From: Candidatus Omnitrophota bacterium | GTDB taxonomy: Bacteria; Omnitrophota; Gorgyraeia; B26-G9 | Assembly (NCBI GenBank): GCA_043826565.1 | Contig: JBDRPX010000021.1 | Span: forward strand, 18,022 to 82,021 | Direction: 5' to 3' | Length of the DNA: 64,000 bases | Shown: positions 1 to 10,100 of the stretch, one piece after another | Numbering within the stretch: position 1 is the stretch's first letter | Layout of the letters: each line of letters starts with the position of its first letter | Notes under the pieces: generated by a model | Told to the model about the DNA's origin: nothing | Databases searched by the model: none | Seen by the model: the letters and a program-made list of their open reading frames with translations, nothing else | Made by a program: the position numbers and the translations under genes

Positions 1-558
1 GGCTGCGGCGCGGTTTCCATAAGCAGTGCGGCCGTGGAAATGGCTAAGAAAATATTTGAAGATCTAACGCAGAAAAAAGTTTTAATTGTCGGCGCCGGCA
101 AGATCGGGGAGCTTTCGGCAACGCATTTATATAATCGGGGGGTACAGCTGGTGCTGGTAGCTAACCGGACTTTGTTAAAAGCCAGGGAGCTGGCAGAAAA
201 GTTTAAAGGTACCGCAATAGACTTCGGAAAACTTGATGCCGCGCTTGAAGAAGCGGATATTGTGATTAGTTCGACAAGCGCGCCGCATCTTTTAGTTACC
301 AAAAAGCAGGTTCAGGAGCTTATTCTGCGGCGCAAACAAAGGCCGATATTTTTTATTGATCTGGGGTTACCGCGTAATATTGACCCTCAGGCTAATGATG
401 TTGATAATGTTTATGTTTATAATCTTGATGACCTTCAAAAGGTTAAGGATATAAATTTGAAAGAACGGCTGAATGAAGCGAAAAAGGTGGAGCGGATCAT
501 TGACGAACATTTAGAACGTATAAGCGGTCGGCTGAAGGAGTTGTTTGATGACGAATAG
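1..558 (+). CDS. hemA: glutamyl-tRNA reductase, C-terminal part (5' end outside window)
   Basis: Frame 1 is open from nt 1. The translation GAVSISSAAVEMA...VLIVGAGKIGELSATHL matches the HemA NADPH-binding and dimerisation domains. It overlaps hemC by 14 nt. Confidence 0.8.
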   Translation, partial: GCGAVSISSAAVEMAKKIFEDLTQKKVLIVGAGKIGELSATHLYNRGVQLVLVANRTLLKARELAEKFKGTAIDFGKLDAALEEADIVISSTSAPHLLVTKKQVQELILRRKQRPIFFIDLGLPRNIDPQANDVDNVYVYNLDDLQKVKDINLKERLNEAKKVERIIDEHLERISGRLKELFDDE

Positions 559-1462
559 CGCTAGTACGATCATTATCGGTACCCGAAAAAGCCTTTTGGC
601 CATGACGCAGACGGAAAATGTTATCGAAGAGCTGAAGAATAAATTTCCGAATTATCAGTTTGTAATTAAAAAGATCACGACCAGCGGAGATGATCTTAAA
701 GAATGGCCGCAGACAGATGCTAAAGGTCTGTTTGTAAAAGAAATTGAAGAAGCTTTGCAAAGCGGAGAAATCGATCTGGCCGTGCACAGCATGAAAGATC
801 TGCCTTGCGAAACTCCCCAAGGATTGGAGATCGCGGCCATAACTAAACGGGAAAAGGCTAATGATGTTTTGATCTCCCGGGACGGGAAAAAGCTTGATGA
901 ATTACCTGCGGCAAGTAAAATCGGTACCTCAAGTCTGCGCAGGAAAATGCAGATACTTGAATATAATCCGGAGCTTGAAGTAGTGGAAATCCGCGGGAAT
1001 CTGGATACCCGGCTCAAAAAACTAAAAGATGGTGAGTGTGACGCGCTTATCGTTGCTGCTGCCGGGATGATCCGTTTGGGATGGCAGGATAAAATAACCG
1101 AAATTATCCGCGCGAGCATTATGCTGCCGGCTCCCGGACAGGGAGCTTTGGGCATAGAGATAAAAAAAGATAATGAAAAAGTGAGGGCTCTGGTAAATTC
1201 ATTACATGATGAAGATACGGCCGCGGAAGTAACCGCGGAAAGGTCTTTTTTAGAAGCCATGGGCGGCGGATGCCGTACCCCCTTGGGGGCTTTGGCCGGG
1301 GTAATCACCAATACATTGAATTTGAAAGGCGGCGTAGAAAGCGGAACAGAAGCGCCGATGCTTAAATTCTGTGCTAGCGGGCCAAAAACAAAAGCTAAAC
1401 AATTAGGGCAAATGCTTGCGGATATTATGAGAGAACAAAAAGGAGATAATCATGAAACGTAA
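545..1462 (+). CDS. hemC: porphobilinogen deaminase (hydroxymethylbilane synthase)
   Basis: The N-terminal IIIGTRKSLLAMTQTE and the dipyrromethane-cofactor region ...GGGCRTPLGA are typical of HemC. Length is 305 aa. Confidence 0.9.
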   Translation: MMTNSASTIIIGTRKSLLAMTQTENVIEELKNKFPNYQFVIKKITTSGDDLKEWPQTDAKGLFVKEIEEALQSGEIDLAVHSMKDLPCETPQGLEIAAITKREKANDVLISRDGKKLDELPAASKIGTSSLRRKMQILEYNPELEVVEIRGNLDTRLKKLKDGECDALIVAAAGMIRLGWQDKITEIIRASIMLPAPGQGALGIEIKKDNEKVRALVNSLHDEDTAAEVTAERSFLEAMGGGCRTPLGALAGVITNTLNLKGGVESGTEAPMLKFCASGPKTKAKQLGQMLADIMREQKGDNHET

Positions 1463-2915
1463 GAAGGCAGATAGGCCAACAATATTAATTGTTGATGACG
1501 AACCGCTTGCGTCTAAGACTCTGGCCGCAATTTTAGAGCTGCAGGAATATAGTGTTAACTATACGGCGTTTGGCCGTGAAGGGCTTGAGTATTTAAAAGA
1601 AGGCGTCGACTTGATGCTTCTGGATTTAAAACTGCCGGATATTAACGGGATCGAAGTACTTAAACAAGCAAAGCGCAAGTTTCCGGATACGATAGTTATT
1701 TTGATCACCGCTTATGCTACGGTAGAGACCGCGGTTACGGCGATGAATGAAGGAGCATTTACCTACCTGACTAAGCCTTTTGACGTGGAAGTATTGTTTA
1801 AGATTATTGAAGAAGCCTTGGCAAGTAAACAGAAAAGTTCGCGAAAAGAAAGATTGGTAAGTAATCTTTCGCTGGTTTATAAAATAAGCAAAGAATTAGA
1901 AGGAATCATAGAATTACACAGTATCGCCAGTTTAGCGTCAAGGTATTTATCAAATGCTATTGATGCGGATGTATGCGCGATCTTATTAATGGATAAAAAG
2001 ACTGGAGAATTTTATTTCGGAGCGCTTGACGGAGCAGAATATGATAAGAACGCCTTAAGCTATAAGCGGTTTAAACTCGATAATCGCATGCATAAACAAT
2101 TAGTCACCGAGCATAATGCCATCCTTATTCCGCAGTTGAAATCAAAACTGCCGATACTTAAATATATACCGGTTGAGGATCCGCAATCATTGTTTATTTT
2201 TCCTCTGGTTGCTAAGGATGAGCTGGTCGGGCTTACTTTGTTTGTTAGTAAACGGGAAGTGGAATTGAAAGAAGCAGAAATGGAGATTATTTCTACGATC
2301 AGTTCGGAAGTAGCCGTGTGTATTCAAAACGCGAATTTGTATCTTGGCCTAAAGAAAGATTATTTAAGCGCGGTAACCGCGCTGGTGAGTTCGATTGAAA
2401 GCAAACATGAATACCCCAAGCGTTCGGCAATGATTGCCGAGATGGCTGCTAAAGTAGCCAGAAAAATGGATCTTCCCGAGGATGAGGTGGAGTATATTAA
2501 AATCGCCGGGCTTCTGCATGATATCGGAAAGATGGCGATAAGTGAGCAGATACTTTTTAAGGAAGAAGCTTTGACGATCGAAGAATTTGTAAAATTGAAA
2601 ACGCATTCTCTGATATCCACAAGTATTGTCCGGAGTATTGACGCGGATAATCGTTTGATCCCGATAATTCTTTATCACCATGAACGCTATGACGGCGGAG
2701 GATATCCGGAAGGATTAAGAGGTGAGGGTATCCCGGTGGGCGCGCGGATTCTAGCGGTATGTGATGCTTTTGAGGCCATGATATCAAAGCGGCCGTATCG
2801 GCAGTCCCGAAGTACCCCGGAATCAATGCAGGAACTTAAGCGTTGTGCCGGCGCACAGTTTGATCCGAACATTGTGGATATTTTTCTTGATCTTTTTGAT
2901 GAGGAAAATAGTTAA
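1452..2915 (+). CDS. response regulator with receiver, GAF-like and HD-GYP domains
   Basis: The receiver domain shows ILIVDDEP...LLDLKLPD...TAYATVE. The C-terminal HD-GYP phosphodiesterase shows LLHDIGK ... HHERYDGGGYPEGL. It is embedded in the heme operon and overlaps hemC by 11 nt. Confidence 0.8.
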   Translation: MKRKKADRPTILIVDDEPLASKTLAAILELQEYSVNYTAFGREGLEYLKEGVDLMLLDLKLPDINGIEVLKQAKRKFPDTIVILITAYATVETAVTAMNEGAFTYLTKPFDVEVLFKIIEEALASKQKSSRKERLVSNLSLVYKISKELEGIIELHSIASLASRYLSNAIDADVCAILLMDKKTGEFYFGALDGAEYDKNALSYKRFKLDNRMHKQLVTEHNAILIPQLKSKLPILKYIPVEDPQSLFIFPLVAKDELVGLTLFVSKREVELKEAEMEIISTISSEVAVCIQNANLYLGLKKDYLSAVTALVSSIESKHEYPKRSAMIAEMAAKVARKMDLPEDEVEYIKIAGLLHDIGKMAISEQILFKEEALTIEEFVKLKTHSLISTSIVRSIDADNRLIPIILYHHERYDGGGYPEGLRGEGIPVGARILAVCDAFEAMISKRPYRQSRSTPESMQELKRCAGAQFDPNIVDIFLDLFDEENS

Positions 2916-2926
2916 GGTGATAATAT

Positions 2927-4447
2927 ATGAAACATAAAAATAAAGCAAAAGTATATCTGGCCGGAGTCGGCCCGGGCAATGATCGGTTGATTACTCAGAG
3001 AAGCTTAGATTGTATCCGGGAAGCGGATGTGATTGTCTATGACCGGCTAATGCCGGAATCTCTGCTTAGCTATAAAAAACCAACAGCGAAGTTGATTTAC
3101 GTGGGAAAATCTCCGAAGAAACATATTGTTCCGCAGGAAAAGATAAATAATTTACTAATTCGCCAGGCTAAAAAAGGTAATATTGTCGTCCGTTTAAAAG
3201 GCGGCGATCCGTTTTTATTCGGACGGGGCTCAGAAGAAGCCTTGGTTTTGGCTAAAGCGGGAATAGAGTTTGAAATTGTTCCCGGAGTAAATTCCGGGTT
3301 TGCCGCGGCAGCTTATGCGGGGATACCGCTTACTCATCGGGGAGTGTCTTCTCTGGTAACTTTTGTTACCGGTCATGAAGACCCCGCGAAAAAAGACAGC
3401 AGTGTGGACTGGCCTTTACTGGCAAAGACCTCCGGGACATTAGTGGTTTTTATGGGTATGGCCAGGCTGGCTAAAATAATTGATTCTTTAACCCGCAACG
3501 GAATGAATAAAAAAACTCCGGTGTGTGTCGTTCAGCAGGGTAGTTTGCCGGCACAGAGATCTGTTGTCGGAACTTTAGCAAATATCGCGGAAAAGGTAGA
3601 AAAAAATAAGCTGACGAATCCGGCGGTAATAATTATCGGTAAAGTTGTTGATTTAAAATCAAAGATCGACTGGTATGAAGGAAAACCTTTATTCGGAAAG
3701 AAGATCTTAGTTACCCGTCCGCACAAACAAGCCATGGGATTTACGCGTAAACTGCAGGATGAGGGAGCGCAGACAATAGAATATCCGTTAATCGAAATAG
3801 CTGCGGAGAAAAAAATATCCGGGCAATTGCTGATGCAAAAAATCAAACAGGCGGACTGGACAGTGTTTACCAGCCGCAATGCCGTGGATATTTGCTTTGA
3901 TATTTTGGCCCGGATTAATAAAGACGCGCGGATTTTTCAAAACGTAAAGATCGCGGTAATCGGAGAGGGCACAAAGGAATCTCTTTATCAGCGGGGCATT
4001 ATCGCGGATCTGATCCCCCGAAGATTTGTTATGGAAGGCTTACTCAGTGAATTAAAAAAATTAAATATAAAAGGTAAACGGGTTTTTATTCCGCATTCTA
4101 AGCAGGGACGTCCCATATTAACTAAGGGCTTAAAAGAGCAGGGAGCTTTAATTGACGAGTTGTTTATATATAATATTCAATGCCCAGCTAAGTCTAACCC
4201 CGCAGGATTAAAACAGTTATTAAAACAGGAAAAGATCGATTTGATCACCTTTACCAGTTCCAGCTGTGTGCATCAGTTTATGAAAATGGCGGCTAAGGAT
4301 AGAGAAATATTAAAGAAACAGGCTTTTTCGGTTATCGGCCCGATTACCGAAAAGACTTTACAGGACTATGGATATAAAGCTGAGGTAGTTGCCAAGGTGT
4401 ATACTATTGACGGCTTGTGCAAAGCAATAAAGGAGTATTATCGATGA
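2927..4447 (+). CDS. cobA: uroporphyrinogen-III C-methyltransferase / uroporphyrinogen-III synthase fusion (CobA/HemD)
   Basis: The N-terminal SUMT domain carries VYLAGVGPGNDRLITQRSL...VVRLKGGDPFLFGRG. The C-terminal roughly 250 aa is HemD-like. Total length is 506 aa. Confidence 0.85.
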   Translation: MKHKNKAKVYLAGVGPGNDRLITQRSLDCIREADVIVYDRLMPESLLSYKKPTAKLIYVGKSPKKHIVPQEKINNLLIRQAKKGNIVVRLKGGDPFLFGRGSEEALVLAKAGIEFEIVPGVNSGFAAAAYAGIPLTHRGVSSLVTFVTGHEDPAKKDSSVDWPLLAKTSGTLVVFMGMARLAKIIDSLTRNGMNKKTPVCVVQQGSLPAQRSVVGTLANIAEKVEKNKLTNPAVIIIGKVVDLKSKIDWYEGKPLFGKKILVTRPHKQAMGFTRKLQDEGAQTIEYPLIEIAAEKKISGQLLMQKIKQADWTVFTSRNAVDICFDILARINKDARIFQNVKIAVIGEGTKESLYQRGIIADLIPRRFVMEGLLSELKKLNIKGKRVFIPHSKQGRPILTKGLKEQGALIDELFIYNIQCPAKSNPAGLKQLLKQEKIDLITFTSSSCVHQFMKMAAKDREILKKQAFSVIGPITEKTLQDYGYKAEVVAKVYTIDGLCKAIKEYYR

Positions 4448-5655
4448 TCAATTTCACTAAATTATTAGGGGGCAAACCCAGTGTTTCCGACGCTTTAAAA
4501 GCCGTAAATAAAACCGGGCTTGATCATGCTTACAGCGAATCAAATGTGCCCAGCCCGATCGTGGTGTTTAATATTACGCGGCGGTGTAATCTGGACTGCC
4601 GGCATTGTTATCTGGAGTCTGAAGATAAGCAGTATCAGGGAGAGCTTTCTTTAGATCAGATAAAGAAGGTCGTTGATTCTCTTAGTAAAATGCAGGTTCC
4701 GGTGCTGCTGCTTTCCGGAGGAGAACCTTTAGCGCGTAAGGATATTTTTAAAATAATTGATCATGCTAAAGCCGTGAATTTGCGTATCGGCTTATCTACA
4801 AATGGAACATTGATCACGAAGCAGATGGCTAAAGATTTAAAATCAGCCGGAGTCGATTATGCCGGAGTAAGTATTGACGGCTTAAAAGATATTCATGATA
4901 AGTTCCGGAATTTACCCGGAGCATTTGATCGGGCCGTGAACGGGATCATTAACAGTTTAGAAGCAGGGATTAAAACCGGAATCAGATTTACCGTAAGTAA
5001 GGTAAATTATAAAGATCTTCCCAGTGTATTGGACTTATGTATAAAGGAACAGGTTCCGCGTTTTTGCATGTATCATTTGGTTTATACCGGAAGAGGAGAA
5101 GAACTGGTAGCTCAGGATATGGATAATGGGCAGCGCCGGGAAACTGCCCAGCTTTTGATTGACCGGGCGATAAAATATAATGAAAAAAAATATAATTTTG
5201 AGATGCTTACCGTGGATAACCATGCCGACGGAGTATTTATTTATAACTATCTAAAGAAACACGCTCCCGGGCGTGGACAGGAAGTCCTGGAGATCATGAA
5301 AACACACGGCGGATGTTCTTTGGGCAATAAGATCGTGGATATTTCTCCTTCCGGAGAGGTCTATGCCTGCCAGTTTTGGCATAAGGATTCTCTGGGAAAT
5401 GTAACGGAGAAAGATTTTCTGGATATATGGTATAATAAACAGAACCATAAACTGTGCCAGTTCCGGGATAAAACCGGGCTTTTAAAAGGAAAATGCGGCC
5501 GCTGTGATTTTAAAGCTTATTGCGGAGGCTGCCGGGTGCGGGCTCAGGTGGTGCATAATGATTTTTGGCAGGAAGACCCCTGTTGTTATCTGACTGATGA
5601 TGAAATAATTTTTGATACAGAAAGTAGAAAATTGAAAGTTGAAAGTTGTAAATAG
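4444..5655 (+). CDS. radical SAM/SPASM-domain protein, AhbD/AhbC/NirJ-like (alternative heme biosynthesis)
   Basis: The CNLDCRHCY radical-SAM motif is present, with a Cys-rich SPASM C-terminus (CQF...CGRCDFKAYCGGC). The start was moved to ATG 4444, which has AGGAG 8 nt upstream and an ATGA overlap with the cobA stop. Genomic context is hemA-hemC-cobA/hemD. Confidence 0.7.
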   Translation: MINFTKLLGGKPSVSDALKAVNKTGLDHAYSESNVPSPIVVFNITRRCNLDCRHCYLESEDKQYQGELSLDQIKKVVDSLSKMQVPVLLLSGGEPLARKDIFKIIDHAKAVNLRIGLSTNGTLITKQMAKDLKSAGVDYAGVSIDGLKDIHDKFRNLPGAFDRAVNGIINSLEAGIKTGIRFTVSKVNYKDLPSVLDLCIKEQVPRFCMYHLVYTGRGEELVAQDMDNGQRRETAQLLIDRAIKYNEKKYNFEMLTVDNHADGVFIYNYLKKHAPGRGQEVLEIMKTHGGCSLGNKIVDISPSGEVYACQFWHKDSLGNVTEKDFLDIWYNKQNHKLCQFRDKTGLLKGKCGRCDFKAYCGGCRVRAQVVHNDFWQEDPCCYLTDDEIIFDTESRKLKVESCK

Positions 5656-5711
5656 AAAAAAAGAAAAATATAATATAATAAAGTAGGGAGTATCGAGGGA
5701 GGGTAAATATT

Positions 5712-6401
5712 ATGCGTCAGGTTGCTGTTATTGGACTGGGAAGTTTTGGTTCGACTGTAGCGAAGACTTTGACCGATCAGGGAGTGGAAGTTTTAGCCTT
5801 TGATTCGGACCGGGAAAAAGTAGAAAATATCAAAGACTATGTTGCCGTAGCGGTGGCTTTAGACTCAACCGATGAAAAAGCTTTACGTTCGGTCGGCATT
5901 GAGCAGGTGGACGCGGCGATTGTCTGTATCGGTGAAAACGTAGAAGCCAATCTTCTGGCGACTACTTTGCTTAAAAAAATGGGGATTAAAAACATATACG
6001 GCCGTTCGGTAAATCCGCTTCAGGAAGAAATATTAAGGTCTTTGGATATTACCAAGATCATTAACCTGGAAAAGGAAATGGGAGAAACTATCGGCAAGAG
6101 CCTGACCAGCCCGAATATCCAGGTCTGTATGAAACTTGCCAGCGGACATACCATGGCGGAGATCAGGGTTCCTAAGGAATTTTCCGGAAAGACGATCAAA
6201 GAATTAAATTTAAGAAAACGCTTTGACGTTAATATTGTGGCGGTTAAAAGACAAGTCGCGGCTATTGATGACAAAGGGCAAAGGATATTAAAAGAGGTTA
6301 TCAATGACCTGCCTCAGGCTGAGGATATTGTAACGGAATCGAATTTTCTTATTGTTGTCGGAAAAGAAGAAAGTATTAATATGCTTTCCAAGCATCAATA
6401 A
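5712..6401 (+). CDS. TrkA/KtrA-type K+ transport regulatory subunit (RCK N and C domains)
   Basis: The Rossmann motif VAVIGLGSFGSTVAKTL is present, and the C-terminal region is a TrkA-C domain. Confidence 0.75.
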   Translation: MRQVAVIGLGSFGSTVAKTLTDQGVEVLAFDSDREKVENIKDYVAVAVALDSTDEKALRSVGIEQVDAAIVCIGENVEANLLATTLLKKMGIKNIYGRSVNPLQEEILRSLDITKIINLEKEMGETIGKSLTSPNIQVCMKLASGHTMAEIRVPKEFSGKTIKELNLRKRFDVNIVAVKRQVAAIDDKGQRILKEVINDLPQAEDIVTESNFLIVVGKEESINMLSKHQ

Positions 6402-6429
6402 ACAACTAATATAACACAAGGATGCGATA

Positions 6430-7143
6430 ATGAAGAGAAAGATAACTATATTATTTACGCTTGTTATTTTGATTTTATCAGTGTTTTGGTATCTCGGATT
6501 TTTTCAGATCAGTCACGGGCTTAAAGAAGTATTTGTGCTTTTGGCCGGGATCGGTATCGTCGTAACCCTTTATGTTTTGGGCCGGATAAATATCTTCCGC
6601 AAAAAACTCGCCTTAGCCTTAAGCCATATCTTAGAAAACAATTTTCAGACCGGAATATCTATGCCCGGTAAAGATGAACTCTCTACTCTTTCTAAGAGTT
6701 TTAATGCCGCGATCGAAAGGATCAATGAGTATGATGTGCTCCGGGAAAATCAGATCGTTTGTTTAAACCGGATCATCAGTATGCTTAACCGGAATATCCA
6801 GAACGGCGTAATGATCATGGATTTGGATTCCGCGCGTATTAAGATCAACCGGGCGGCGCAGGAAATGTTCGGGATAAATCAGGATGATTTAAGTATCGAC
6901 TCAGTAGTAAAGCTTAAGTCTAATGTTGAGTTTAATAAGATATATCAGGAGGTTGTTGACGGCCGGGCAAACACCATATCCGGGAACTTTGAATTTTTTC
7001 TGCCGGTCTTAAGGGCGAAAGCCGGCGTGAGCATGAAAATGTTCGCGATTAAAGATAAAGACGAAAAACTGCATACGATTATTTGTATCTTTACCCAAAC
7101 CTCGGCGCCTGTGCCTGTGGATCCGGAACCGGAAGCAATATAG
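6430..7143 (+). CDS. membrane protein with two N-terminal TM helices and a PAS-like domain
   Basis: A hydrophobic N-terminus is followed by a PAS-like segment (IVCLNRIISML...MIMDLDSARIKINRAAQEMFG). No output domain was found. Confidence 0.45.
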   Translation: MKRKITILFTLVILILSVFWYLGFFQISHGLKEVFVLLAGIGIVVTLYVLGRINIFRKKLALALSHILENNFQTGISMPGKDELSTLSKSFNAAIERINEYDVLRENQIVCLNRIISMLNRNIQNGVMIMDLDSARIKINRAAQEMFGINQDDLSIDSVVKLKSNVEFNKIYQEVVDGRANTISGNFEFFLPVLRAKAGVSMKMFAIKDKDEKLHTIICIFTQTSAPVPVDPEPEAI

Positions 7144-7149
7144 CATTCT

Positions 7150-9213
7150 ATGTATATACCGCGCAAATTTAAACAGCAGTACTTTATTCTCTTGAGTGTT
7201 TTAGGGATGGTACTGCTTTTTTCTTGCTGCCTTAGGGCGCAGGATGATGACCCCCGGGACAATCTCTATCAAGCCAGAATACTTTTTAATCAGGGAAAAT
7301 ACCAGCAGGCTATCGATGCTTATGAGCCGACTAAGCAGGAAGATTATTTCTTAAAAGTCGCGCTGCTTAATCAGGCGCTGATCTATAAAGATACCCGGCA
7401 GTATGAACAGGCAATTAAGCTCTATAAAAAATTATTGACCATCGAAGAAAATAAGATGGTTTTTTTTAATCTGGGAGAAGTCTATTATTTAAACTGCCTG
7501 CCGGATAAAGCAATTAGCGCGTTTAATCAGGCTTTAAACATGGGCTATCGCAACGGGATGATTTATTTTTGGCTGGGCAGGTGTTTGCAGGATAAGGGGA
7601 ATATCGAAAGTGCCAAGCAGAGTTTTCAGCAGGCTGTGGCCGTGGATGATTCTCTGGTGCTGGCGCATCTTGAATTGGGCAGTATTTACGCGCGCGAAAA
7701 GATCCTGTTAAAAGCTCAGGAGGAATTTGAAAAAGTCCGTGAGCTTGATCCCAGCATAACCGAAGTGTACCCGGCATTAGCGGAAGTTTACTTTGATAAA
7801 AAAGAATATGAAGAGGCTTTAAAAGCGTTTCACAAAGTGCTCACGATTGATCCGGATAATGCCAAAGCCCAGCAATACATTGACCTAATTCATAAGATAG
7901 TGGGTAAGGGATTAAAAAAGGATTTGGAAAAAAAAGAAGAAAAAAGGCTGGAAAGCGCTTTAGCCAAAGAGATCATTCCGAAAGAAGCGCCTACTGCTCC
8001 GGTAGTAAAGGTATTGATCGGAGAAGTAAAAAGTTTCCGGTTTAAATCCGGTAGTGATTTTTCTCTGTGCCGGCAGGCCGACGGAGCGGTGTTATTCAGC
8101 GGTGCCGCTAATACTTTATACGGCTTATCTGAATACGCGGGAAATATTTCTTTACTTAATAACGGAGAAAAGAAAAACAGTTTTACGGAAGCTATCGTAA
8201 TTATTCTGGCTGATCCGCACGCGACAATTCTCCTTTTTAATGTGGAATCCGGAAAAGGAGAATACTGGGCAAGTATAACCGACAGAAGTTATCGCGGGCA
8301 GTTGGAAGTAGCGGCCGCGCCCGGAATTCTGCGCTTAATTAATACGATCAATATGGAAGAATATTTATACGGAGTGGTTCCCAGTGAGATGTCCGCGAAT
8401 TGGCCGCAGGAAGCTTTAAAAGCCCAGGCAGTTGCCGCGCGCAGTGAAGCGTATGTAAAGATGAAACGCCATGCTAAAGAAGGTTATAATTTTTGTCCGG
8501 GAGTACATTGCCAGGTTTACGGCGGAGCAAATGTGGAAGCTAGCTCAACAAATAAAGCCGTAGACCAGACCTGCGGGCAGATCGGTCTTTATGAAGATAA
8601 GCCGATCGACGCGATCTACAGTAATAGCTGCGGCGGACATACCCAGAGTAATATTTTCGGTGAGTGTGAACCGATCCCTTATTTGCAGGGGATTCAGGAT
8701 GTCGCGGAAAATATCGGGTTCTTTTTTCCGCTTTCTCCTCTGGAGCTGGAAGACTGGCTTTGGATGAAGAACATCCCGGCTTTTTGTAATAATGTTAAAT
8801 TTTCCCGGGATAGTAATTTTCGCTGGATGCGCACTTATTCGCGTAAGCAGTTGGAAAAGTTGATCAATAAACAAATGGATATCGGCACATTAAAAGATAT
8901 TATTATCCGGGAAAGAAGCGATTCCTCGCATATCCAAAGAATAGAGATCATCGGCTCAAAGGGTAAGTTTGAGATGAAGAAGGAATTAAATATCCGCAAT
9001 CTGCTGGGTAATCTGCGCAGCAGTATGTTTAATATTGATGTTAAGCTTGATGAAAAAGGCAATCCGGAAGAATTTATCTTTTACGGCGGAGGCTGGGGGC
9101 ATGCGGTGGGGATGTGCCAGGTCGGCGCGGCAACCATGGCCCAACAAGGCTATTCTTATATAGATATACTGAAATTTTATTATAGCGGGATTGAGATAAA
9201 GAGGATGTATTAG
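7150..9213 (+). CDS. TPR-repeat protein fused to a SpoIID/LytB-like domain
   Basis: A signal peptide is followed by several TPR units in the first roughly 250 aa. The C-terminus has the SpoIID signature GHAVGMCQVGAATMAQQGYSYIDILKFYYSGIEI. Confidence 0.75.
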   Translation: MYIPRKFKQQYFILLSVLGMVLLFSCCLRAQDDDPRDNLYQARILFNQGKYQQAIDAYEPTKQEDYFLKVALLNQALIYKDTRQYEQAIKLYKKLLTIEENKMVFFNLGEVYYLNCLPDKAISAFNQALNMGYRNGMIYFWLGRCLQDKGNIESAKQSFQQAVAVDDSLVLAHLELGSIYAREKILLKAQEEFEKVRELDPSITEVYPALAEVYFDKKEYEEALKAFHKVLTIDPDNAKAQQYIDLIHKIVGKGLKKDLEKKEEKRLESALAKEIIPKEAPTAPVVKVLIGEVKSFRFKSGSDFSLCRQADGAVLFSGAANTLYGLSEYAGNISLLNNGEKKNSFTEAIVIILADPHATILLFNVESGKGEYWASITDRSYRGQLEVAAAPGILRLINTINMEEYLYGVVPSEMSANWPQEALKAQAVAARSEAYVKMKRHAKEGYNFCPGVHCQVYGGANVEASSTNKAVDQTCGQIGLYEDKPIDAIYSNSCGGHTQSNIFGECEPIPYLQGIQDVAENIGFFFPLSPLELEDWLWMKNIPAFCNNVKFSRDSNFRWMRTYSRKQLEKLINKQMDIGTLKDIIIRERSDSSHIQRIEIIGSKGKFEMKKELNIRNLLGNLRSSMFNIDVKLDEKGNPEEFIFYGGGWGHAVGMCQVGAATMAQQGYSYIDILKFYYSGIEIKRMY

Positions 9214-9320
9214 GGATGGCGTGTGGTCAGATGCCATTGCAATATAAGCAGTTACAGTATTTTGATTGATTCTCTTGATACTGTATAGTTGATAAAATAC
9301 TAATACTATTAGTATTTAGG

Positions 9321-9349
9321 TTGACAAATTAAACTTTATGATGTATTAT
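9321..9349 (+). promoter_or_regulatory. sigma-70-like promoter (TTGACA-17-TATTAT) giving a near-leaderless transcript of the NTase gene
   Basis: TTGACA lies at 9321-9326, followed by a 17-nt spacer and TATTAT at 9344-9349. The first ATG is at 9358, only about 8 nt downstream. No SD sequence is present. Confidence 0.5.
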
Positions 9350-9357
9350 TGTTGTGT

Positions 9358-10080
9358 ATGGAAGATGTTAATATTAAAATTATAGATGAATATTTAGACA
9401 AAACGTTGGAAGTTTTGTCAGGGGCGATAGATGATTTTTATCTTGCTGGAGGAACTGCTTTGTCAAAGTTTTATTTTGATCACAGAGGTTCTTTCGATTT
9501 AGATTTTTTCACTAAGAAGTTTTCTGAAAAGAGAGTTGAAGAAATCACAACATATATCGGGAAAAAATTAAATTTGCAAGTAAAACTAGCAGGTGTTACT
9601 GATCAAAAAGGAAAGATACAGGTTAGGACATATTATTTAATAATAGATACTGAAAATAAATTAAAACTTGATTTTGTGGAAGATAGATGTCCTGTGTTAA
9701 AGGGGTTAAATAGACGTGATGGAATTTATTTTCTTTCAAAAGAGGATTTATACCTAAGAAAAATATTTGCAATGTGTGGCAGCAGGAAAGATGTTGATGA
9801 TATTGGCCGAGATGCTTTTTTCGGGGGCAGACAAGAATCCAAAGATTATTTTGATGTTTATTGCCTTTCCAGCATTTTTATTCCCTTATCAGATTTTGTA
9901 TTACAATTTTGCGGAGATTCACAAATGGTTGAAAGGTTGATTCTTTGGCAAAGAACTTATGATAGATTTGCCATGAAAAGTGGATTAATAGATTTGATAA
10001 CAAAAACAGTTCCCGATGCGAGATTAATAGAAAAACATTTTGATAAAGAAATTGAAAAATTAATTAAGGCCGTGTCTTAG
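9358..10080 (+). CDS. nucleotidyltransferase of the AbiEii/AbiGii (DUF1814-like) toxin family
   Basis: The motif LAGGTALSKFYFDHRGSFDLDFF matches the GG-x-DxD pol-beta NTase motif typical of AbiEii. The gene lies in an AT-rich block. The start was moved from the track's TTG to ATG 9358. Confidence 0.6.
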   Translation: MEDVNIKIIDEYLDKTLEVLSGAIDDFYLAGGTALSKFYFDHRGSFDLDFFTKKFSEKRVEEITTYIGKKLNLQVKLAGVTDQKGKIQVRTYYLIIDTENKLKLDFVEDRCPVLKGLNRRDGIYFLSKEDLYLRKIFAMCGSRKDVDDIGRDAFFGGRQESKDYFDVYCLSSIFIPLSDFVLQFCGDSQMVERLILWQRTYDRFAMKSGLIDLITKTVPDARLIEKHFDKEIEKLIKAVS

Positions 10081-10100
10081 TAAGTCATAAGAGGAATAAA

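Noticed and set aside
655-1311. A 218-aa ORF on the - strand antisense to hemC, and similar antisense ORFs (497-820, 2360-2872, 3532-3879, 31151-31648, 44797-45234 and others).
   Set aside because: These are shadow ORFs fully inside well-supported + strand genes, with no RBS and no recognisable protein features.
9205-9235. TGGTCAGATGCCATTGCA considered as a sigma-54 (-24/-12) promoter.
   Set aside because: GG-to-GC spacing is 14 nt and not the required 12. The -24 box is TGGTCA, not TGGCAC.
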